From the NCBI RefSeq assembly GCF_009914755.1, contig NC_060938.1: a stretch of DNA of 64,000 bases; one strand, given 5' to 3'. Source of the stretch: the human T2T-CHM13v2.0 reference genome, Homo sapiens. The notes beneath the pieces were generated by a model. The model ran no database searches. It was given only the letters and a program-made list of their open reading frames with translations, and had not been told where the DNA came from. A program made the position numbers and the translations under genes. Below are positions 38,886 to 56,165 of this stretch, one piece after another (the stretch's first letter is position 1; every line of letters begins with the position of its first letter).

Positions 38886-41800
38886 GCACCGTCCCCCAAA
38901 TCACCAACCCCCAGGTCCCAAGGCCTGGGCTGGGCCAGGGCTGACAGGGAAGCCCAGGAGTCTTTTGAACCCACTCTTCCTGCCTAGAATAGAGACAGGA
39001 CAGGCTTTATGTCCCCCATTCCTCCCTCCCAACTCCAGGGACATTGAAAGTGTCCTTTGTACCTACCTGCAGGAAATTGGGGGGCTGGGAGGGAGGGAAC
39101 TGAAAATACACATTTGTTATCAAAAATAAACCCCTGAGGGGGAGGCGGCAGGAAGATTGCCCCCCACATCCCTTCCTTCACATCCACCCCACCAAATATA
39201 GGAAGAGATGACTCCCTCTCCTCTATTGAAAAGCCCCATTTAAAAATAGATTATACTATCAAAATGGCAGCAGGGGAGAGACAGGGAGACCTGGAGTACT
39301 GGCTGGAGGGGCCCCCCAGACAGGAACCACCCCCACAAAACCCCTCCATGGGAGGAAACAGGCAGGACCCCAGGGAGTTTGGCAGACAAAGGAATGGCTT
39401 CTCAGGGGGAAGAAGAACAAAGGGACATTCCTCCCTGGCCAAAAAGTTGGTTAAAAAAGGATAAGCTGTCTGAGAGAAAGGTTGAGGAGGTGGAAATTTC
39501 TATTCCAAGGGTGTGATTCTGCCTTGGCCAAGACTCCCAACCCATTAAATGGTACAAATTCTTCCTGGACCCCGAGTATGGCCAGGAATAATAAAACGAA
39601 ACTAACTTCTACTCACATCCTAAAATGGACACAGGGCTCCCTCATCTCCCCACGGGCAGGCCGAGGAATGAAGAAAGAAAGGTCGTTCTCAAGCCAGACC
39701 CCGATTGTCCTGTCTTGGGGAAAAAAGCGGGGAGGTGGGGGAGACGTCCTGACCACCCTAATAGGTTAGGTCAGGCGCTTCCCAGTGGCCTTCAAAAAAT
39801 AAATAAATAAACCGCCCCTACCATTGAAGTAGGAGACGTGTCAGGGCAGCCACTGGGGGACGGACAGAAAAGAGAGAAAAGAGAGAAGCTGTGGAAGCTG
39901 AGTGTTTTCTGTGGAGGAGTTAATGAGAGTCACTCCTGGGAGAAATCCTTCCCAAGGATCCCCACCCCACCACAATCAGAGCATGAGTCTTTCAGTTGAA
40001 CTGTGTTTCTCCTTGAGAGAGCACGGATGGAGGGACCCCAGAAGGGGTGGTGGTGCTGGTGGTGGTCATGGCCTCTGGGGCCCTGGCGAGAGCACCGCGG
40101 GGGTCGAGAGGCCAGCCACGCCGATGGAAGGGATGTGCACCTGGGCGCCGCCACTGGACGGAAGCTGGCAGGAGAGCTTGGCCGGGCTGCGGGGCGCAGC
40201 GGGACTCAGGCTGCTCCGGAAGTGAACGCTGGGAGGCAGCGAGCTGGGTGTCAGCAGCGCCGGGGTCAACGTGTGCGTAGGAAGCAGGGACAGGGTCAGC
40301 GCCGGCCTCGGCGCCTGGAGGCCGGAGCCAGTTCCCGATCCTGGGGTCCGTTCGGCTCCCGGCGCACCTAGCAGGCTCGGGCTGAGTGGAAGCTCTAGGT
40401 CCCGGGGCTTCCGGCCCTTCTGCGGCTGGGAGATCTGAGGGCTGGAAGCCGCGTGGCCGCCCGCCTGCCCTGCGGTGTCCATAAGGACCTCGGCAGCCAC
40501 GCTGGCACGCCCTCCTGTGGAGGGACTTCAGGCTCGGCCTTGGCGGTTTCTGGCACGAACCCTCTCTCCCCCGCGAATTCCAGCTCTTCCTCGGGCCCTT
40601 CCACTTCCACTTCCGGGGGCAAAGGGCGGCGCAAGCCCGGCTCCACATTCGGCTCTTCCAATTTCAGGTTTGGGGCCTCGGGCGGGGTCAGGATGACCTG
40701 CAGAGGGAAGCCGGCTTCCTCAGCCTCCAGGCAGGCCTCCCAGGGGCTTGGACTGCAGGAGCTGCGTTGGGGAGCACCGCAGCAGGCCGAGGCTGAGGGG
40801 GTGGCTGCGGCTGCAGAGACTGGATGTGAAGGTGGAACAGAGGCCCGAGCGCATGTACTTGTTCCGGCTGTTGCGCGCCAAACCGCCAGGGCCTGCCATT
40901 CCTGCACCCTTGGGTGTGCCTGGCTTTCCTGAGGCAGTGCCCCCTGGGGCGGCATGTGCAGCAGCAGGGGCCACAACTGCCATGGTGAAGTAACCGACAC
41001 CTCTGGGTGGGGCGGGCAGTCCTCACTCAGTGGAGCACCCTGCGACCTCAGGATAGGACACAAACTTGTAGACCAACTTCTGGCCGCTCACCTTGCGGAT
41101 GATGTTCTCGTCATAGTCGTGAGAGGTGACAGCATGCTGGCAGCCCTCACTCGCTCTCGGTGCCTCCTCGGCCTTGGCGCCCACTCTGGCCACGCTTGAA
41201 GAGCCCTTCAGCCCGCCGCTGCACCGTGGGAGCCCTTGTCTGGGCTGGCCGAGGCCGGAGCCGGCTCCCTCGGCTTGCAGGGAGGTGTGAAGGGAGAGGC
41301 ACGGGTGGGAACCGGGGCTGTGCGCGGCGCTTGCGGGCCAGCGCGAGTTCTGGGTGGGCGTGGGCTCCGCGGGCCCCGCACTCGGAGTGGCAGGCCCCGC
41401 CTGCCCTGGGCAGTGAGGGGCTTAGCACCCGGGCCAGCAGCTGCGGAGGGTGCGCCGGGGTCCCCAGCAGTGCTGGCCCACCGGCGCTGTGCTCCATTTC
41501 TCACTGGGCCTTACCTGCCTCGCCGTAGGGCAGGGCTCGAGACCTGCAGCTTGCCATGCCTGAGCCTCCCCGCCGCCCCCCACCGCCACCCGCCGGCATG
41601 GGCTCCGGCCTGGCCCGAGCCTCCCGGAAGAGCGCTGCCCCCTGCTCCACTGCGTCTGGTCCCATTGACCGTCCAAGGGCTGAGGAGTGTGGGCACACAG
41701 CGGGGGACTAACAAGCAGCTCCACCTATAGCCCAGGTGCAAGATACACTGGGTGAAGCCAGCAGGGCTCCTGAGTCTAGTGGCGACTTGGAGAACCTTTA

Positions 41801-43296
41801 TGTCTAGCTAAGGGATTGTAAATACACCAATCAGCACCCTGTATCTAGCTCAAGGTTTGTAAACACACCAATCAGCACCCTGTGCCTAGCTCAGGGTTTG
41901 TGGATGCACCAGTTGGCACGCTGTATCTAGTTAATCTGGTGGGGACTTGGAGAACCTGTATGTCTAGCTAAGGGATTGTAAATACACCAATCAGCACTCT
42001 GTATCTAGCTCAAGGTTTGTAAACCCACCAATCAGCACCCTGTGTCTAGCTCAGGGTTTGCGGATGCACCAATCGGCACTCTGTATCTAGTTAATCTGGT
42101 GGGGACTTGGAGAATCTTTATGTCTAGCTAAGGGATTGTAAATACACCAATCAGCACTCTGTATCTAGCTCAAGAGTTGTAAATGCACCAATCAGCGCTC
42201 TGTGTCTAGCTAATCTGGTGGGGACTTGGAGAATCTTTATGTCTAGCTAAGGGACTGTGAATGCACCAATCAGCACTCTGTATCTAGCTCAAGGTTTGTA
42301 AATGCACCAATGAGCACTGTGTCTAGCTCAGGGTTTGTAAATACACCAATTGACACTCTGTATCTAGCTAATCTAGTGGGGACGTGGAGAACTTTTGTGT
42401 CTAGCTCAGGGATTGTAAACACACCAATCAGCACCCTGTCAAAACGGACCAATCAGCTCCCTGTAAAACAGACCAATCGGCTCTCTGTAAAATGGACCAA
42501 TCAGCAGGATGTGGGTGGGGCCAGATAAGGGAATAAAGGCAGGCTGCCTGAGCCAGCAGCGGCAACCCGTTAGGGTCGTCTTCTATAGGGGAAAGCTTTG
42601 TTTTTCACTGTTTGTAATAAATCTTGTTACTGCTTCGTTTTTGCATTTACAGTGCCTTTGTGAGCTGTGACACTCATGGTAAAGGTCTGTAGCTTCATTT
42701 CTGAAACCAGCGAGACCCCCAACCCACCAGGAAGAACAAACAACTCTAGACGCGGTGCCTTAAAAGCTCTAACACTCACCACGAAGGTCTGCAGCTTCAG
42801 TCTTGAACCACCGAGACCACAAACCCACCAGAAGAAAAAAAAAAACAAAAACTCGGAACATGAGGGAACAAACGGCGGGACATGCCGCCTATTAAGAACT
42901 GTAGCACTCACTGCGAGGGTCCGCGGCTTCGTTGTTGAAGTCAGTGAGATCAAGAACCGACCAATTCCAGACACAGTAGTACGGCAAGGCCCGCCTGAGC
43001 TTGTCGTAATTCACGTTGGTCTTGTTCTTGCGTCGCCCCCACGGCTAGGCCACCTTCCTCTGCAACCACCACCATCCCATGAAGTCCAGGAGCTGTGGCC
43101 GTTGCCTTGCTCTCAGCTGCAGCAGAAAGTGCCAGAGCGTCACAGGTGGGTCCATCGCCGGGGGAGTGCTCACGCCATCCTAGGGGTACCTGTGTGTAGC
43201 GGGGCGGTGGTGCTGGCCATGCTGGCAGCTCCGGGAGGTGGGGGGCTCCATACGCGGCCCCGCCGCCCCCCAGGCCTGGGTGCGGAGGCCGGAAGG
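38886..43296 (-). pseudogene. ELK2BP: Processed ELK1 pseudogene (probably ELK2BP), split by LTR12
   Basis: ATG at 43155 (MDPPVTLWHFLLQ), degenerate ETS domain (RKNKTNVNYDKLRRAL, YY|YDENIIRKVSGQK), LQVILTPPEAPNLK, KGRKPRDLELPLSP, stop at 40066-40068, ~1.2 kb 3'UTR; no introns; multiple frameshifts. A versus B copy inferred from adjacency to TMEM121. Confidence 0.9.
41120..42975 (+). mobile_element. Solo LTR12 (ERV9 LTR, LTR12C-like)
   Basis: tgagaggtgacagc...ccaattccagacaca termini; tandem caccaatcagcac (CCAAT) repeats ~41820-42500; AGATAA 42523-42528 and AATAAA 42532-42537 promoter; 4-bp TSD gtcg/gtag. Confidence 0.95.
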
Positions 43297-43419
43297 TTTT
43301 TTTTTTTTACGTTTTAAGTAATTGGCTTAGGAAAAACAAGGATTTTTGTGTGCCATCAAGATAACTTGTGCTTCATGTTGTTTTTCATTATGTCAGTGAT
43401 TCACGAAAAAGGTAATTTT

Positions 43420-45858
<2,439 letters not shown>

Positions 45859-46065
45859 GAGGATAATTTTTAAATGACTTTTTGTTGGAAACATTGCTGG
45901 TTCTTTAATGTTTTGTTTTTCAGATTTTAGAAAACTTTTTTCCCTTAAGCTGTCAATAGTTTGCAGCAATTTGGTAAGTTACATCTTTGTGAACAGAGAG
46001 GAAACAACTATTTTCTCCCTTCCTAATCCCTCCAGAACCCCAAAACCAGTAGTGAGTGTTTTTAT

Positions 46066-47383
<1,318 letters not shown>

Positions 47384-47776
47384 CTTATTTTTATGACAGT
47401 AGAGTTATTTGTAAAAGTTCAGTAAGAATCTGTTCTCCTTGTAACGGCACAATTACAGACTCTGATGATATTACCAAGGCTTTGACCGGAATATCCTATC
47501 TTCAGATACGACCACACAGCTTTAAGGAACTAGAGTTGACTTTATGGAGCCAGTAAACCCCCCCTTGGAAAAATTGGCCTGAGGGTTCCCAGTCTTGCAG
47601 GTTGAGTAAGGCAGCCCAGCAACCTCTGTATTTTGGGGACTGAGCAGAAAGGAACTCACCCAGATCTATAGGTACCCTGTGCCAAGTCAGATGGCATGTC
47701 CTTGATGTGGCTTCCCAGCCCCGGGAGGCCTTTACAGTTCAATCTGAGATTCTTTATGAAAAGCTCCAGCAAAGCA

Positions 47777-48148
<372 letters not shown>

Positions 48149-48337
48149 TAGTGAAACTAGACTGACTTTGCAAACATATCACTCTTATTTGGATCAACAT
48201 TTATGGAAATGTGGGAGTGACTGTGGAGAAAAAAATGATTCAATGCAAAACTGCAGGGCACCGTGATGAGATTTCAGCCCTGCTCATTGTTTACGAGGTT
48301 TTGTTATTTATCTACAAACTGGACTGGATCTTGAATT

Positions 48338-49267
48338 TTTAGGGAAAAGAAAGATCAGACTGTTATTGTGTCTATGTAGAAAAGGAAGACATAAGAGATT
48401 CCATTTTGACCTGTACCCTAAACAATTGCTCACAGAAACCTGTGCTGTATGGGATCAAGGTTTAAGGGATCTAGGCTGTGCAGGACGTGCCTTGTTAACA
48501 AAGTGTTCACAGGCAGTATGCTTGGTAAAAGTCATCGCCATTCTCCAGTCTCGATGAACCAGGGGCACAATACACTGCGGAAAGCCGCAGGGACCTCTGC
48601 CCTGGAAAGCCGGGTATTGTCCACGGTTTCTCCCCATGTGATAGTCTGAAATATGGCCTCGTGGGATGAGAAAGACCTGACCGTCCCCCAGCCCGACACC
48701 CGTGAAGGGTCTGTGCTGAGGAGGATTGGTAAAAGAGGAAGGCCTCTTGCAGTTGAGATAGAGGAAGGCCACTGTCTCCTGCCTGCCCCTGGGAACGGAA
48801 TGTCTCGGTATAAAACCCGATTGTACATTTATTCTATTCTGAGATAGGAGAAAAACCACCCTGTGGTGGGAGACGAGACATGCTGGCAGCAATGCTGCCT
48901 TGTTATTTACTCCGCTGAGATGTTTGGGTGGAGAGAAACATAAATCTGTCCTACGTGCATGTCCAGGCATAGTACCTTCCCTTGAACTTACTTGTGACAC
49001 AGATTCCTTTGCTCACGTTTTCTTGCTGACCTCCTCCCCACTGTTCTCCTGCTGCATTCCCCTTGCTGAGATAGTGAAAATAGTAATCAATAAATACTGA
49101 GGGAACTCAGAGGCCGGTGCCGGTGCAGGTCCTCTGTATGCTGAGCGCTGGTTTCCTGGGCCCACTGTGCTTTCTCTATACTTTGTCTCTGTGTCTTATT
49201 TCTTTTCTCAGTCTCTCGTCCCACCTGACGAGAAATACCCACAGGTGTGGAGGGGCTGGCCCCTTCA
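48338..49267 (+). mobile_element. Solo HERV-K(HML-2) LTR5 (LTR5A/B-type)
   Basis: t(t)tagggaaaagaaagatcagac...tataaaacccg (TATA)...aataaatactgagggaactc...ccccttca; perfect 5-bp TSD GAATT (48333-48337, 49268-49272). Confidence 0.93.
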
Positions 49268-49798
49268 GAATTCTTCTAGTTTTCTCTAATATCAGGCAAC
49301 AACTCTGCAAACTAATTTTTCCAATTTTTCCCTCACCCTCTGACTTGGAATCAGTCAAATTTAAAACTGCTCTGTTCCTGAAGCCCTGTGAGCTGAAATG
49401 GGACAAGTTGATGTAAACTTTAGAGAAATCATCCCCACAGATCCTGTGCGGGCAGCTTCTGCAACACCTGACCTGCAAATCAGGAAGGCCCTTCAGCTGC
49501 CTACCTGGCTGCAGCTGAAGATGCTTCAGGCCCAGCGTCTAGAAATCTTCCAGCCTGGTGCCCACTGGGTTCGGAAACTGCATTTCTAAGTGTTAACCTT
49601 TGTGTTTCGTTTATTTTCAGAGTCTCTCCTCTTTGAATGTCCAACTGCTAGCACCATGCGGCAAAATGTCCTCTTCTACCCAGTCCCAACAGAAAATCCA
49701 GCTGGTTCTTAATGAACGAAAGGCCACCCAACAAGAAAATGTACTTATATTGTTGGAGGGAAACCAGAATGTCTCCTCTTTCTTTAAACAGGGTGGAC

Positions 49799-50554
<756 letters not shown>

Positions 50555-50755
50555 TTTCTAAACACACTCTTAGGAGGCGCCAGCAGCCAGCGTGCGGAGT
50601 TAAGTGCCTGTGCCCTTTGTATGAAAGTGTCACCGTTGTCCTGGTCTTGAGGGGTGGCTTTCGGGTGTAAACGGCCGGCAGAGGTGAGTAGATGCTGGGA
50701 GGCTGCTCCAGGCGTCTTGTTTGCTCCAGGGTTCTTGAGACTCTCCTGTCTATGA

Positions 50756-51992
<1,237 letters not shown>

Positions 51993-53210
51993 TTATTCTA
52001 TAGTTTCTTGTTTCACTGATTCTTGTTTCTGCTTCTTTAGGGCTTTTCTGATTTGTATGTGAGCTGGGTTCCTGGGATCCTGATCTGGGCGCGTCTTTGA
52101 GGCTTGCCTCTGAGGTCCGCTGTCCCCGCATGAGCGGACGGCAGAGCGCGCCTGCCTGGGAGCCCAGGAGGCTGCCGGGCCAGGGACCCCGGGAACCCCG
52201 GGAACCCCGGGAACCTCTCAGCAGCAGAACTGCAGTGGCACAAGACGGCCACCAGGGGGTCCCGAGCCGGTCTCTGGGGTCCCTGCTGGGGTTGAGGGGC
52301 TGTGGCTGCAGACGCGGACCTGGCAGGGGGACCCGAACCCCAACAGGGCCCTGACCGGCCCCAAGGCTGAGCCTGCCCTGTCCCACCAGCGCCCAGACCC
52401 CGATGTTGGGCCGGGGCCTTCCTTTCCTTGTCCCGACCCTCTGAGGTTCCTCCCCGGGGTGTGAGCTGATTGTGAGCACACGGAGGCCTTCCTCCTCTCT
52501 GGGGCTCTGGAGCCCCTGGGGGCCTGCAGGGCCTGGGCCTGGGCCTGGCTGCTGTCCTCTGTGCTCAGGAGGCTTCTCCCACCCACCCACTTCCGGGCAC
52601 AGCCCCCAGCCCCACACCCAGCCGCCGGGAGGGCATCCCCAGGGGAGGACCCTCTGCTCCGGAGCCGCGTCCCTTGTCCTCCAGGGACAGTGGCCGGAGG
52701 CTGGTGCCTCAAGCTCGTGCGCCTCATGCAGCATCCCGTGGGTCCATTCGCGACCATAGTGAAGACCCGCAGGCCCCAGGCCCGAGCCGGCTCCCGGGCA
52801 GGCCGCGTTCTGGGGCTTCTGCGGGGACACTGGGCCACGCCAGGAGGAAGGGTCCTGACCAGGGTCAGGGAGCATCGGATGCTGCCGGCAGAAGTGGGGG
52901 GCGCGGGGCCCCACCGAGGAGCCCAGGCCAGCTTCCCCATCTGCCCCAGGTGCAGCCCTGCAAGGCCCCCAGGCCACAGCGTCCCCAGGTCACAGCGTCC
53001 CCAGGTCACAGCGTCCCCACACCCAGGGAATGCAGGACTTTGGCAGAGGCTGGGATCCCAGACCACAGAGCCCCACAAGCTGACGCCTGTTCGCGGATGC
53101 CACAGCCATCTCCGCGGCAGGCGCTGGGGAGGGGAGGGGATCACAGTGCTGGACACGGACCGGGCCCCAGCCCTGAGCCCAAGGCAGAGCCGGGATCCGG
53201 CCCCGAGAGC

Positions 53211-53323
53211 GCCCCTGCCCCTGCCCCTGCCCCTGCCCCTGCCCCTGCCCCTGCCCCTGCCCCTGCCCCTGCCCCTGCCCGTGCCCCTGCCCGTGCCCCT
53301 GCCCCTGCCCCTGCCCCTGCCCC
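53211..53323. repeat. (GCCCCT)n hexamer repeat, ~18-19 units with two GCCCGT interruptions
   Basis: Directly visible. Confidence 0.97.
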
Positions 53324-56165
53324 GAGCCCGGGAAGCGCCGCGTGGTCGGCGGCGTTCGATGCTGCTGTCGGCCACACGGGGGCAGCAGAGCCTCAGCGGC
53401 TGCCGCAGCGGGTCCAGTTTCCGGCCGCCGGGGTTGGGCTGGCGGTGCCTGGGGGTCCTTCCCAGAGGCCCGCGTGTGAAACGTCCGAGTGCGCTGGGCG
53501 CTGGACACGGAGATGGGTGCTTGGGCCACGGGCCTGGGGGACCCCACACGGCCGGCTAGGCAGGCCCAGACAGCCCAGGGTGGGGGTTCCATGGGGGCAG
53601 GAGGGGAGAAGCCTGGGCTGTGGAGCAGCTGGGACGTCCGGGGAAGGGCCTGGGGGTCAGAGGGGCGGCTCCCGGGACAGGGAGGCACGTGGAGGGGCGG
53701 GGTTTGTGGCAGCCCCGGAGCCGCCTCTGAAGCTTCCATCTGCAGCCTCCTGTGGGGCCGGGTCTGCTTCTCTTGCTGGGCACCCACATCCACCCCCGAG
53801 GGGTGTGCGACAACCCCCATTCCAGCCCACTCAGATGGTCTCTAGCCCCTCCCGTCACAGTGAACCCCGGTGTCGGTGCGAGACGCCTCCGTGTATTCCC
53901 GGACGTCCCTCTGCAGGCCCATCCCCACCTCACAGACAGTCACACCCTTCCAGGCCTTGCCCCATCCGCAGTCCCTGGCCTCACCATCGCATTGCAGGGA
54001 GGCGGGCATATGCAACCTCCATGAAATAAAGCCCTAACGGAGAAGGCCAGAGTGGGAACTTCGTTTCCACCAGCAGGTGGGGCAGACACCCTGGCTAGCC
54101 CCGGGGAAAACCAGTAAAAATACTGGATTTAAATCCCTTCGAATTCTCCTTTCTACAGGCAAGCTGTTTAGTGAGAAAGAAAGGGCCCTGCAAAGATCCT
54201 CCCCAGGTGGACGGGCAGCCCCCAAGCCTGTATTGAGCTCCCGGACGCTGCTCCTGGGGAAGGGCCTGCCGAGGACAGGGGCCAGTGGGAGCCCCTGCCT
54301 GACCACAGGCTGTTCTGCAGCCCAGGTCAGGAGCGCTGGTGCCTGCCGTGTGGGGTGGCCCTGGTCCTGACCGCCTGGGGTCCCAGGTGGTCCCGGGTTG
54401 TAAGAGTCTGTGGTGCTTGTGAAAAGCTTGCACATCCTTCCAGGGGAGACTCGCGCGTGGGGCGAGGGCAGGAGCAGGAGCTCATAATCACACAGGAAAA
54501 CAGGAAGCCCTGAACCCCGGGCTCGGGAAGCGGCGGGGCGTCAGGTTTGGAGGGGCTTCGTCCCCCACCACCTCCCCATTTGCACCCCCAGTCCCTGACC
54601 CGCATCTTTCCTCACCTGGTCACTGTCCCCCACCCTGTCCCCCACCCTGTCCCCCACCCTGTCCCCTGTCTGCCATCTCCCTCCCAGGAGGGGGCTGCTC
54701 CTGCCTAGCACGCGGTGCCCTTCCTCCCACGTCGCTTAATTATATTTGAAAATACAACATTTGAAACGTGCAAAGAATGGAGGGGCTTTTCTGTGAGTGC
54801 AGGGTTCCCCTCCCGTGTCCCCCCACCAGGGGGCTTCCCCGTCCAGCCCCGGCTTGTCCCTTTCATTTTAACAAAACGTCCTCACCACAGTGCATGTGTG
54901 TTTTATAAAAGCAGTATTGGAAGTTAATGCTTTTAATACAGAAAAAAAAGAACCCGAAACAATATAACTGTCCTAAGTGATGTTGAGTGGGGAGTGCCGG
55001 GTGGGAGTTGAACTGCGGGACCACGATCCCTCCACTTCCAGCCTGTCCTGGGGGTGTCATGTGGCCCCTTCTGACCAGCCCTGGGCAACTTCTGGATGGA
55101 CGGGTGGGGAGGGGCCGTGGAGGGGATCTGGGACCAGGAGAGAGAGAGCGTGGCCAGGCAGCCCCAGGAGGGCCCTCCAGAGCCCGAGTGGGCCTGCGTC
55201 TGTGGTCCCCAGGTGCGGTCCCTCGAGGTGGCGTGTGGGCCCCCCAGGCCCGCGCCCTGCGGTTCCAGCGCCTCCCCAAGCCTCTGTCCCTGCAGCCCCC
55301 ACCCCCCCTGCACTTTCCTCTCCTTTGTCTGTGCTGGTGGTCCCTCTCTCACTGTCCCACACAACACCGCACCGCCCTCCCCCAGGAAAGCCTCCACCTT
55401 TTCTCTTAGTGAAATAGAAGCCCTTTCAAGGTGACATGTCACCTACTCACAGAACAGTGCCCCAACCCAGGACGCAGCCTGAGGCCCCTCAGGAGCATTG
55501 TGTGCCCCCAGGCCTGTCCCCAGTGGTCCCCACCGTGGGCCCACCACAGCTCCTGCTGTCAAGGGCAGCCTGGGTCTGAGCCCCGTCCCCCTGTGCAGGG
55601 CACGGGTCTGGGGGCTGGCTTGTCCCCTGCTGGGCGGTGGGCGGCCTGGGGTGTCTCCCAGACACGCTGCCTGCGGCCGGCTGGTGTGGACTGGGCCTGG
55701 TGGGCCAGGAGCTGCCCTCACTATGGCGACAGGATCGGGCTGCCAGGCTCCTGTGGGGGCTCAGCAGGAGGGGATGGGAGACGGCAATGCTCACGCCTGA
55801 CCTGCTGCCCTTGGGGGAGCCGTGGTGCCACCTGGCCGGCCTGCCTGAGAGACCCCCACGGCTGGTGTGGGAGCCTGGGGGAGCCCTGGGCAGGTGGTGG
55901 GGCAGTGGGCAGAGGTGGCTGCAGAGGGACAGGGCCTGGCCAGGACGTCACCCTGAGGCCACTGGAGAGGTCAGCAGGGGCCCAAGGAGATGCAGGGATT
56001 GGCAGCTGGGGAGCACAGGGGTACTCCTGAGCCGTGGTACCCAAAGGTCATGAGCTGAGAGGGGAAAGGCCCAGAGCCGCTGGATGGTGGATTCTGGGCA
56101 CCTGATCCGCAGGGTGTGGTGGCCCTCTGAGGGACCCCTCTGACAGACTGCAGGCAAGCTGTCAA

